A DNA stretch of 38,035 nucleotides, from the NCBI GenBank assembly GCA_043753125.1, contig JAYUXG010000610.1, positions 1 to 38,035 on the forward strand, written 5' to 3'. This document shows positions 8,216 to 18,300 of the stretch, piece by piece (position 1 is the first letter of the stretch; every line of letters begins with the position of its first letter). The stretch is from Saprospirales bacterium (GTDB taxonomy: Bacteria; Bacteroidota; Bacteroidia; Chitinophagales; Saprospiraceae). A program made the translations under genes and the position numbers. The notes beneath the pieces were generated by a model, which ran no database searches, was not told the origin of the DNA, and saw only the letters and a list, made by a program, of their open reading frames with translations.

Positions 8216-9889
8216 TTAGCGCACCCCGGCCACTGGCATCTGCGGGTCATAGGTCCCTTTGATGACCGGGCTTTGCCGGTTGCCTGTGTAGGCCCGCACG
8301 TTTTCCCCGATGAAATCGTATAACTCCTGCACGCTCACTATTTTGTCCTTGTTTTTGTCCGCTTCGCCTTTGAGGCCACGGATGAGGAAGTGACTGAACA
8401 CGCCCTGCCGCAGGCCCGACGATTCAAGCGATGTCTCCTCGGCCTTGCTCGACATGATAAGTGCTGTACCCGAGACGGACTTCGCCAACATTTGGTAGTA
8501 CTGCGTCAGCACCGGGTCGGCTTCGCCAGAACGCATGGCCAGGATGCTTCCAGAGTGGCAAGCATCGGCCAGGCAGAGCTTGTACTTGGCCTTGCATTTG
8601 CCAAAGGCTGCGGCGATCTCTTCGTGGGCGATTTTGTTGTTGAAGCCGTCAAAGTCGATGGGCAGGAAAGAACCATTGAGGCCGTGGCCAGAAAAATAAA
8701 ACAGCACCAAATCGTTCGGGCTGGCCATGCCGAACACCTCGTCGATGGTGGCAAGTACGTTCTCGCGGGTGGCCTCTTCATCGATGAGCACCCGAACTTG
8801 GTTGTCGAGCAATGCGCCACCTTCCGGGCTTTTCAAAAAAGCATAAAAGCGGTAAGCATCATCGTCGGTATAGCGCAACACTGGCATGTGGTCGTAAGCG
8901 GCCACACCGACAACGACTGCCCAGATTTTGGGGACTGCTGCCGTGACGGGCGGTGTGGTGACGGGGGGCTTGCTGTTCGAGGCTTGGTAGCCTGCGGGGG
9001 CTTCTTTGCCGAGGTATTCCCCGGCGCGCCAGAAGCCGACTACGAGGGTGCCGTCGCGGAGGGCCAGTGACCCTCCCCCTTCAAAGGCACCTTCCTCCCA
9101 TTCGCCTTCGTAGCGGTCGCCGTTGGCGTAGGTACACACGCCGTAGCCGTGCGGCAGGTTGTGCTGAAAGGTACCTACGTATTTGGCTGCCCCTTCCTTG
9201 TAGACATAAGTGCCTTGCCCGCTTTCGCAGTCGCCGCTCACGCAGCCAACCTTGCCGCTTTGCACGAGGCTGGCCCCAATGAATTCCCCCTGTTTCCATT
9301 GGCCGATCTCCTGGCTGCCGTCTTTTAAGAAGCGGGTACCGTATCCGTTCGGGTAATTTTCCTTGAAGTTGCCGACGTATTTGTCGCCATTGCCGAAAAA
9401 GAAGGTGCCGCTGCCCTGGAATTTGCCTCCGCGAAACTGACCCTCGTACTTGCTGCCGTCGGGGTAGGCAAACACTCCTTGCCCGTTTTGGCAGTCACCG
9501 CTGAGGCAGCCGGCTTGCACGTCGGTGTCGTCGTTTTGGCGTTCCTCTTTCTTTTTAGCGATGTACTCCACCAGCACCTTGCCAGTCTCGTCCACGGGCT
9601 TGCCCTTTTTCCAAAGGCCGGTGCGCACCGTGCCGTCGGCGTAAGTCTTGGTACCCTTGCCCTCGGGGTAGCGGGCCGCCCATTCTCCCTGGTACTTGCT
9701 GCCGTCGGTGTAGTAGCACACTCCTACGCCGTTGATCTCGCCGTTGGCAAAATGGCCGGTGTATTTCGCGCCGGAAGAGTATTTATAGGTGCCGATGCCG
9801 TTTTTGCAATCGCCGGAAAGGCACTGTGCGGTGGCGGCGGATAGGGTGAGCAGGAAGAAAAAAACAAAGAGGGGAAAGCGTCTGGACAT
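8216..9889 (-). CDS. secreted MORN-repeat protein fused to a caspase-like (peptidase C14) domain
   Basis: Signal peptide MSRRFPLFVFFFLLTLSAATAQC from the ATG at 9889. Three modules of about 80 aa, each opening with C(L/V)SGDCxxGxG followed by YxGxFxxGxxxGxG MORN repeats. The C-terminal domain has the His-Cys dyad in FYFSGHG and LADACHSGS. Confidence 0.8.
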   Translation of the reverse strand: MSRRFPLFVFFFLLTLSAATAQCLSGDCKNGIGTYKYSSGAKYTGHFANGEINGVGVCYYTDGSKYQGEWAARYPEGKGTKTYADGTVRTGLWKKGKPVDETGKVLVEYIAKKKEERQNDDTDVQAGCLSGDCQNGQGVFAYPDGSKYEGQFRGGKFQGSGTFFFGNGDKYVGNFKENYPNGYGTRFLKDGSQEIGQWKQGEFIGASLVQSGKVGCVSGDCESGQGTYVYKEGAAKYVGTFQHNLPHGYGVCTYANGDRYEGEWEEGAFEGGGSLALRDGTLVVGFWRAGEYLGKEAPAGYQASNSKPPVTTPPVTAAVPKIWAVVVGVAAYDHMPVLRYTDDDAYRFYAFLKSPEGGALLDNQVRVLIDEEATRENVLATIDEVFGMASPNDLVLFYFSGHGLNGSFLPIDFDGFNNKIAHEEIAAAFGKCKAKYKLCLADACHSGSILAMRSGEADPVLTQYYQMLAKSVSGTALIMSSKAEETSLESSGLRQGVFSHFLIRGLKGEADKNKDKIVSVQELYDFIGENVRAYTGNRQSPVIKGTYDPQMPVAGVR

Positions 9890-10105
9890 GAGAGCGAAGG
9901 GCGAACGATTGAAAATAGGCAAGGAGACAATTAGCAAGAAGCAAAAGGCAGCTGACAAAAGGCATCAGGCCAATGGCCAATGGGCGGTGCTATTAACTTG
10001 CGACACGCCTTTTTATTGCCTTTTATAAATACCACTTTTGGACCAACCAATGGCCCGCCAGCATCGTCCTATGGTAGAGTAATATGCTACTTTTTGCTTT
10101 GACCT

Positions 10106-11343
10106 ATGAAACAACTTTCTCCTTTTTTATTCTGCCTGACCCTTTGCGCGGGTTGCCTCACGAAGGACTACCAGTACGCCGTGATCTGTGATTTTCCTGC
10201 CGAATATGGAGGTCCGAACTGGCTGGTCGTCACCGATGATGCGGGCAATATTTTGAAAACCTTCGATGTGCCGGAGCTGACGACGCATCTGGATGAAAGG
10301 TTCAATCTGGATGTCGAAGACAGGCTGGAAACCTATAACCTGCATCTGGTGAAAAAAGGTCCTTTTCTGAATTATTCTTCCGTATTCTCTTTTTATGGAG
10401 TAGGGAATGGAGCAGCAGTAACCTTTAATCCGCTTTTAGACTATACAGGGCCTGCGCCCGATGCGTACAAAATATTGTCGGTAAAAGAGCTGGCCGCCCC
10501 GGCAGTGGTGGAGGTCCCGGGCAATTTTTATGAGTACCCGCAGACTTGGCGGTATGATGCAGCTGCCCAAACGGCCTCTATGTCGGTGGCTTTTTTGAAT
10601 ACATCCGACTTTGTCGTCCGGATACGCCCGGCCGGTTCCGCTTCTTTTCACTCGCTGTACGTGATAACCGATACGATGAATGGATTCTTTATAAAGCGGC
10701 AGTGGTCCGATTTCTTGCCAGAAACTAACTTTAGGTTGATCGAGTTATCGGGGGGGGTCAGGCTGACCTTTTGGAAGTGACCGCTATACGGCCGGATTTC
10801 AAGCGATTTACCACTTTGATGCTGTATGATGGCGGAACTCATCAGCCTGCTTTGTCGCCTACCCAAGTTGCCCTTCCCCCCGGCTTGTACCCGGAGAGCT
10901 ATTTTAGAATACGGGTGCACCAGGGCGGTCACACTGCCGAAAGGACTTTCCGGCCGGGCGAGACCTTGCGTATAGAAGAGAATGACCTGACGATCAAATC
11001 CGCTGCGCTCGCGGCGCAGCATACTATGGAAATTCAGGTTGGTGGTACACCCGATCTGGTGGAAACCAATATCCGTATGCCTGATCTGGCTGGAAATATT
11101 CGGTACTGGAATATCCAGGGTCCGCCGGAGGCCTGTCAACACTTGGTGCTGCCCGATCTGACGGGCCTTATTCCCGGCTGGATACTTCCGGAGGCCGCCA
11201 ACCTCCATTTTGAGGTGACCGCTTCCCGGTATGGCCGATTAGACTATGCACAACTGGTTGCCGGGTTTCCTTATAAAGGTAGCGACGGCTTGTTGTTTCC
11301 CATCGCCCGGTACGGCCTGCAAACGGTGACGAAGAGCTATTAA
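10106..11343 (+). pseudogene. lipoprotein gene split into two frames at a G8 tract (frameshifted, phase-variable, or a homopolymer sequencing error)
   Basis: ORF 10106-10780 (lipobox LCAGC) stops 21 nt after GGGGGGGG (10750-10757). ORF 10771-11343 is in the frame reached by adding one G, has only a TTG start and no signal peptide, and its frame is open back through the tract. With one extra G the reading is ELSGGGQADLLEVTAIRPDF, giving about 412 aa. The N-terminus and the C-terminus each match the two halves of the downstream paralog. Confidence 0.6.
10750..10757 (+). repeat. homopolymeric G8 tract at the ORF junction
   Basis: Counted directly: cgagttatcG GGGGGGGtca. Confidence 0.95.
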
Positions 11344-11354
11344 AGATTTTTTAA

Positions 11355-12110
11355 ATGACACGAATTTCTGCCTTCCTGCTTTTGCTCACCCTTTGCGCAG
11401 GCTGCGCCAAGTTCGACTACCAATATGGGGTGGTCTGCGATTTTCCGGTTTCGTTTAGGGGACAATCCTGGGTGGTCGTCTCCAACGACGCTGGCAGCAT
11501 CTTGAAAATTTTCACCTTACCGGAAGGAAGTGCGGCACTTATAGGCGAGTTCCACTATGAAGCTAAGGAGGCGCTCGAAACTTACAACCTGCACTTGGTA
11601 AATAGAGGTGATAGTCTTTATCCGGTGTCGGCGCATCCACAGAGTTCTATCTGGGTACGGATGCGGCAAGGAGAATTCACTACCGAGAAGCTGTTTCCGC
11701 CCGGCGCAGCTTTGCGCTTGGAAGGACCCGATATATCGATCAAAGCTGCCCTTTTTTCGCCCTTTCACACCCTGCAGGTAGCGACTGAAGGCAGCCCGGA
11801 TATGGTAGAAGTCCACGGCTATACGTATGACGTGCCGCCCTATACCTTGTTTGTGCCGCCACCTTCTTTTGAATGGCGGGTGCAAGGGCCGCCAGCCTCG
11901 TTTGTCAAAATGAGGCTACCCGATCTGACGGAACTGCTCCCTGCGCTACGCTCGCTCGGCCCGGAGCCTATTTCCTGGCAAGTGACTGCCTATAAATACG
12001 ACCATTTGGATCATAGTCAGTTGCTCGCCGGTTTCCCTGACAGAGGCAATGCTGGGCCTGTGTTTCCCATCATACGAAGCGGGCTACAGAAGGTGACAAA
12101 GAAGTATTGA
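11355..12110 (+). CDS. lipoprotein, short paralog of the 10106-11343 gene
   Basis: Lipobox LTLCAGC. Residues 1-85 resemble the N-terminus of ORF 10106 (DYQY.V.CDFP, DAG.ILK, ETYNLHLV). The last ~160 aa resemble ORF 10771 (PG..LR, IK.A, W..QGPP, LPDLT, LD..QL.AGFP, GLQ.VTK.Y). Confidence 0.75.
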   Translation: MTRISAFLLLLTLCAGCAKFDYQYGVVCDFPVSFRGQSWVVVSNDAGSILKIFTLPEGSAALIGEFHYEAKEALETYNLHLVNRGDSLYPVSAHPQSSIWVRMRQGEFTTEKLFPPGAALRLEGPDISIKAALFSPFHTLQVATEGSPDMVEVHGYTYDVPPYTLFVPPPSFEWRVQGPPASFVKMRLPDLTELLPALRSLGPEPISWQVTAYKYDHLDHSQLLAGFPDRGNAGPVFPIIRSGLQKVTKKY

Positions 12111-12147
12111 GCAACTGTTTTAGTTCCTCAAAACTTCCGGCGGCGAA

Positions 12148-12507
12148 TCAAAAAGCCCCGATGGAAAGCATCACCAAAGTGCAGCCTTCGACCGTCTCAA
12201 TGCCCTGTTCGTTGGCCATTTTCATCAGTTCCGGGTTCTCGGCACCGGGGTTGAAAATGATGCGCTTCGGGTGGAGCGATAGAATGTAGTCTTGCACCGG
12301 ACGTTGGTGTTCGGCACCGAGGTAGAGCGTCACCGTATCCACGTCCTCTACCGCTGGCTGGCCCTGCTGGATCTCGATGCCACCGATGGTTCCTTTGCGC
12401 CGCCCCACCGGCACTACCTCGTGGCCGTAGTGCCCAAGCCGCCGGGTGGCGAGGTAGGCGTAGCGTTCCGGATTGGGCGTAGCACCTAATACGACGGTCT
12501 TTTTCAT
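12148..12507 (-). CDS. CoA-binding domain protein (YccU/YneT-like)
   Basis: About 119 aa from the ATG at 12507 (MKKTVVLGATPNPERYAY...). The Rossmann-like GATPNPERY, VVPVG and IFNPGAEN motifs are typical of small CoA-binding proteins. Confidence 0.7.
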   Translation of the reverse strand: MKKTVVLGATPNPERYAYLATRRLGHYGHEVVPVGRRKGTIGGIEIQQGQPAVEDVDTVTLYLGAEHQRPVQDYILSLHPKRIIFNPGAENPELMKMANEQGIETVEGCTLVMLSIGAF

Positions 12508-12940
12508 AGTTTCTGTTTGTTGATGTTTCAAGCGTGCCGGGTGCTTGCATTTTTCTCAAAAATGCTTGCCTGGAAAGATATTTGCCTGGAAAAGTTTTCT
12601 GTCCTCTTATAGTGTACCGCATTTTTCTCAAAATGTTTCGAGGGAGAACCCTGAAACGGAACAATTCCGCCTGCCCATCGGGTTTTATAGGCCATTTTTT
12701 TCGCCCTATTCCCTATTTTTGCCGACTTTTCCAAAATAGTTAAATCTCTATGGAACTTGCAAAGAATAACTTGTGAACTTTCACCACTCCGAATGACAAC
12801 TCGGTTAAGGTACATTGTGCTAACTTATTACTCACTTGTTCCTATGCCCTGCTTGGGAAACGACAAAAAGTAAAGTATGGCAAAATGCAGGTCATTTTTG
12901 GCTTGCTACAGGCCCTTCATTCATCATTCATCATTCCCTT

Positions 12941-13492
12941 GTGATTCTAACCGATAAAAAGATTTTGGAAGCTATTGAGCGGCGGGAAATAGTCATTGAG
13001 CCGTTCCGTCGCAGTTGTTTGGGCACCAATTCCTACGACGTGCATCTGAGCAAGCATTTGGGGGTGTATCGAGACCGCGTACTGGATGCCAAACTGCACA
13101 ATCAACTCATCCGATTAGATATCTCTGGCGAGGAAGGTTTTGTGCTACAGCCCGGTACCTTATATCTGGGGTCCACCGAAGAATACACGGAGACCCACAA
13201 TGCCGTGCCTTTCCTGGAAGGCAAGAGCAGCATTGGGCGGCTGGGCATCGACATTCACGCTACGGCGGGTAAGGGCGACGTGGGATTTTCCAATAACTGG
13301 ACGCTCGAAATCTCCTGTGTACAGCCCGTGCGTGTGTACGCCGGGATGCCTATTGGCCAGTTGATTTACTTCCTGGTGGATGGTGAGATCGAAAATTACT
13401 ACCATAAGAAACAAGACGCCAAGTACAACCAGCGCACCGACCAGCCTGTGGAAAGCATGATGTGGAGAAACTTTCCCCTTGCTCATTTGTGA
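12941..13492 (+). CDS. dcd: dCTP deaminase
   Basis: ILTDKKILEAI N-terminus, NSYDVHL, GKSSIGRLGI and WTLEI motifs. GTG at 12941 is chosen as the start because the upstream 35 residues of the tracked ORF have no counterpart in Dcd proteins. Confidence 0.85.
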   Translation: MILTDKKILEAIERREIVIEPFRRSCLGTNSYDVHLSKHLGVYRDRVLDAKLHNQLIRLDISGEEGFVLQPGTLYLGSTEEYTETHNAVPFLEGKSSIGRLGIDIHATAGKGDVGFSNNWTLEISCVQPVRVYAGMPIGQLIYFLVDGEIENYYHKKQDAKYNQRTDQPVESMMWRNFPLAHL

Positions 13493-13695
13493 GACGATCC
13501 GTAGGGAAATGATTGATTATCAACACTTATCCTCCGTTGCATTTCATTTTTTTTAATCATTTTTAAAAAAATGACTGCCAAAATAATCCGATCTTTATGG
13601 CCTTCGGGTGTTGCGGAGCGTACATCAACTGCGATAACCCACGGCAATCAACTCTTATAAAACTCCCCAGCGACCTTTCTACCAAAGCTTTTACA

Positions 13696-15042
13696 ATGAA
13701 CATTTTACTGCGCACCTGCGCTTTTCTGTTGCTGGCCCTTGGATCGCTGGGTCTGCCGAGTTGCAAACAATACAGCGACGATTACAAGACCAGAGCCAAC
13801 CAGTCCGAATTCTTGCACGCCGGGGTGCGGCGCATCACCGATATTATTCGCCACGACATTTTTGCGCCCCCTATTTCCGCCCGCATCTACGCTTACGCCA
13901 GCATTGCCGCTTATGAAGCGTTGGTGCCGGGCTTTCCGGAATACCGGAGCCTGGCTGGACAAGTCAACGGCTTGACCCCCTTGCCACCGCCGGAAGCGGG
14001 TAAAGACTATTGTTTCCCGTTGGCCAGCGTGAATGCGCAACTGACCGTGGGCAAGGCACTTGTCTTCTCCGAAAGTGACGTGGAGGATCTGAAGGAAACC
14101 ATTTTTGAGGATTTCCATAAAATGGATATGCCGCCAGAGGTGTATGATCGCTCCATGGCCTACGGCGAGGCGGTAGCCAAGCACATATTGGCTTGGTCAA
14201 AAAAGGATAATTACGCCCAGACCCGCAGTGGCTCTAAGTTCACAATTGACATTAAGGATTTGGGCCGCTGGCGCCCGACCCCGCCCATGTACGCGGATGC
14301 CGTGGAGCCGCACTGGATGGAGATTCGCCCTTGGGTGCTGGATTCCCTCCAGCAGTGCCGGCCTGATCCGCCGATGCCATTCAGTGTAGCTAAAGGCAGC
14401 GGCTTTTACAAACAGGCCCTCGAAATACACGATATAGTCAAAAACCTGACGCCTGAGCAGGAAGCCACGGCTTGGTATTGGGACGACAATCCTTTCAAGA
14501 TGGAGGTCAGCGGCCACCTGGCTTTTGGCAAGAAAAAGATCAGCCCCGGTGGTCATTGGATGAATATTGCCGGACACGCCTGCCGAAAAGCCAATGCCGA
14601 CATCATGCAATCTGCGGAAACCTACGCCAGGGTGGCCTGCGCCCTCGCCGATGCGTTTATCGTCTGTTGGGACGAAAAATACCGCAGCAACATGATTCGG
14701 CCAGAATCTTACATCAACCAATATATCGACCCGGACTGGTTGCCACTGATTCAAACCCCTCCTTTCCCGGAACACCCCAGTGGCCATAGCACCATCTCGG
14801 CAGCAGCAGCCAGCGTACTTACCGAGCTCTACGGCGACAATTTTGCTTTTATCGACAGTACAGAGATCGAATTTGACATTCCCGCCCGTGCCTTTGGCTC
14901 TTTTTATGAGGCAGCCGACCAAGCAGGCATCAGCCGTATGTACGGGGGCATCCACTTTCGGGGCGGCAACGAAGCAGGGGCAAAATGCGGACGTGAATTG
15001 GGCAAGATCGTCATCGACGCAATACAGACCCGTAAGAAATAG
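13696..15042 (+). CDS. PAP2-superfamily / vanadium-haloperoxidase-like lipoprotein
   Basis: Signal and lipobox MNILLRTCAFLLLALGSLGLPSC at the ATG at 13696. PAP2 signature present: K-x6-RP (KYRSNMIRP), PSGH (HPSGHST), SR-x5-H (SRMYGGIH). Confidence 0.75.
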   Translation: MNILLRTCAFLLLALGSLGLPSCKQYSDDYKTRANQSEFLHAGVRRITDIIRHDIFAPPISARIYAYASIAAYEALVPGFPEYRSLAGQVNGLTPLPPPEAGKDYCFPLASVNAQLTVGKALVFSESDVEDLKETIFEDFHKMDMPPEVYDRSMAYGEAVAKHILAWSKKDNYAQTRSGSKFTIDIKDLGRWRPTPPMYADAVEPHWMEIRPWVLDSLQQCRPDPPMPFSVAKGSGFYKQALEIHDIVKNLTPEQEATAWYWDDNPFKMEVSGHLAFGKKKISPGGHWMNIAGHACRKANADIMQSAETYARVACALADAFIVCWDEKYRSNMIRPESYINQYIDPDWLPLIQTPPFPEHPSGHSTISAAAASVLTELYGDNFAFIDSTEIEFDIPARAFGSFYEAADQAGISRMYGGIHFRGGNEAGAKCGRELGKIVIDAIQTRKK

Positions 15043-15309
15043 CGGCTATTTTTGAAACACTACCTTAAAAAGGGTAATTTGAGTGAAGCAACGGCAGCAA
15101 TTATCAAAAATTAACAATTGAGTAGTCATTTCCTGTTTGGAAAAGGCTAATTTTGTTGCGCTTAAGTATTTTTGACTCTTCCCTTCTTTTTGAATCCAGC
15201 CTCCCGCCTCTTAACATTATGTCCGCTCCTTTTGGGATGTGGCATAGTTTTCGTGCGTATTGCACACTGTTCACCTATATCGGTTTTCATCTAAAAGTAT
15301 TTTTGTCCC

Positions 15310-18300
15310 ATGGGTCAAACATCAACACACCACATTTTGCGGGATGGTGGCTGTAAATTCCTTTTCGGAATAATCGCCGCTTTTGTGCTATTACCGCTGC
15401 TCGCGCAAGCGCAGCCCGTATCGGCCACTATTACTACTACCAATGTTACCTGCTTTGGACTTTGCAATGGATCAGCCACCGTTACCGCATCAGGGGGTTG
15501 GGCACCATACGTTTATCTTTGGAGCAATGGTTCTACCTCGCCTACCATCAATGGCCTCTGTCCAGGCAACTACACCGTAACGGTGACGGACATAGATCTG
15601 GGCTTTACAATCGTCTCGACCACCATCACCCAACCGACCCAGCTGGGGGCAACCGTGAATGTACAACAGAACCAGTTGTGCAGTGTTGCCCCGGATGGCC
15701 AAGCGTCGGTGACCCCATTCGGTGGTACCCCTCCTTATTCATATCTATGGAGTACAGGGGCTACTACACCCTTGATCAATGGTCTCCTGGCGGGCAATTA
15801 CAGCGTCACGGTGACCGATGCCAATGGTTGTACCGTGGTGGCCAGTGCCACCTTGGTGCTGCAGCCCGAGGGTCTTTGGCTGGTCGATGTCACTACCGAC
15901 GTGACCTGCTTTGGATTCAACAATGGTACTATCCACATTGGGGTCATGACGGGTACGCCACCCTACACTTTCCAGTTTAGCAATGGTGTTACCGGATCAA
16001 ACCCAGACTTGACCAACTTGGGGCCAGGCACGTATTCCGTCACCGTGACGGACGCGAATGGTTGCACGGCCCAGCACACGGCAACGGTTACTCAGCCGCC
16101 GCAACTAGTCATTGGCATGAGCATGACCAATGCGCTGTGTGGCCTGCCCGGTTCAGCCACTGTGGCACCGTCCGGCGGTACGCCGCCCTACTCGGTTCAG
16201 TGGAGTACCGGTTCTTCCAACTTTACGATTCAAGGCTCGGCGGGCAACTATTCCGTCACCGTAACGGATGCTAATGCCTGCACGGCGACTAAGACATTGA
16301 CGATCGGCGGCACTAATACCGGCTTGACGGTGACGGTGGCTCCGGGAAATAATGCCGGCTGTTTGGCTGGTGGCACTGCGACCGCCACTGCCAGCGGCGG
16401 CACTGGCAACTACGCCTATGCCTGGGACAATGGCCAGACCACCCAAACCGCCACCAACCTTTCCGCCGGACCACACCAAGTGACCGTGACAGACATTACT
16501 ACAGGTTGCTCGGGCGTGGGAACTGTTACTATATCTTCCTCGGGTACTCCAACTGTCACTATTCTAGTGACTACAAATGCGACCTGTCTGGTTGGCGGTA
16601 CTGCCACCGTCAGTGCTACGGGTGGTACGTCTCCCTACACCTTTGCGTTGAACAACGGGGTGATTGTAGGCAATCTGGCTAGTAATCTTACTGCTGGCAG
16701 CTATATAGTAACCGTGACGGATGCCACTGGATGCACGGCGACCGCCACGGCGACGGTTACCCAATCGCAAGGCCCGAATGTAACAGTGGTGGCCAACACG
16801 AGTGCCACTTGCACGGCGGGCGGCAGTGCTACTGCCACGGCCACGGGTGGCACTGGTCCTTATGTTTTTCTTTTTGATAATGGCCAAACTACCGCGACTG
16901 CGACTAATCTCAGCCCTGGTGTGCATACCGTAACCGTGACCGATGCCGCCGGTTGTTCTGCCACGGGTACGGTCACTATTACCCAAGTCGGTACTCCAAC
17001 CGTTATCATCTCTGCCAGTAGCGGTGCTTCCTGTACCACCGGCGGGTCGGTAACTGTTGGTGTCACGGGTGGGACTGCCCCCTACACATTCCTGTTCAGC
17101 AACGGGGCAACGACCGCTACGGTCAACAACTTGAGTGCTGGCAGCTACACCGTGACGGTCACGGATGCAGCGGGCTGTACGGCTACGGCCACGCTGAGCA
17201 TTGCAGCGGCACTGCTGCCCAACGTAGTGATTACTGCTTCTTCCAATGCCAAGTGCGACCAACCCGGTAGTGCCACTGCGACTGCCAGCGGCGGTACGCC
17301 CCCTTTCACCTATCGGTGGGATAATGGTGAAACGACGATGACCGCCGTCAACCTGACGGCTGGGGTACACACGGTGACCGTCACAGACGCAGCAGGCTGT
17401 ACGGCCACTGCATCGGTGAACATCGGTTTTGCCGCCAATGGCATCCGGGTCGGTGATTTTGTATTTTACGATGTGGACCAAAATGGCTTTCAGTCCCCCT
17501 TGGAGACAGGAGTACCAAACGTCACGGTGATGCTGATTCGGGCTGGTACGGATGGTATATTCGGCAACGCCGATGATGTGGTGGTGCAAACGACCACGAC
17601 CAACTCTAACGGCAAGTACGAATTTGCCTGCGTTACCCCAGGCACTTACATTATCATGTTTTCCAGCATACCGAGCGGCTTTCAGTTCACGGCCAGGAAT
17701 GCGGTGAACAATGATTGCCTGGACAGCGATGCCAATGCGCTTGGCAAGACCGATGCATTTACGGTAGTGGCTGGCCAAGCCGACAATCTTTGCGTGGACG
17801 CGGGCATTTCTACTATTTGTATTCCGCTGGTGAATGCTGGCACGATCTGCTGCGATCAGATGATTTGTGAAGGCATGGTGCCCGCCGCCCTGTTTGGGGT
17901 ATTGCCTCCTACGGGTGGTTCGGGAGCCATTCAGTACCAATGGATGCAGTTTTTGGCCCTCGGCCCTGCTCCCGCCGAATGGGTGTTCATTGCTGGTGCG
18001 ACTGGCGAGACCTATCAGCCAGGTGCCTTGTTCGAGACGTCATTCTTCCAGCGTTGCGCCCGCCGGGCTGGCTGTGTTGACTACTTGGAGTCCAACATTA
18101 TCACGATTACCGTGAAGCAAGCCGGTACAGGCGGATGCCCAGGGTTTATTTCGAGCATTAGTGCCTTACAGCAAGGACCGGCTTCGGTGCTGGTCAGCTG
18201 GGAGACACTGCCAGAAAACGATGACTATATGTACACCGTGGAACACTCCGAAAATCAAGTAGTTTGGAATAAACTGGCCACGGTGATGGGCAAGCACAAC

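Noticed and set aside
15153-15356. 67-aa ORF upstream of and overlapping the SprB-repeat gene start
   Set aside because: It is an AT-rich leader region with no motif, and it overlaps the start of the large gene out of frame. It more likely holds promoter or 5' UTR sequence (two TATTTTTG boxes at 15167-15174 and 15298-15305).
16564-17940. 458-aa ORF on the minus strand
   Set aside because: It lies entirely antisense to the SprB-repeat region. Thr/Gly/Ala-rich codons (ACC/GGC/GCC) leave the complementary frame stop-free. The translation is low-complexity and Arg/Gly-rich with no motifs, so it is a shadow ORF.
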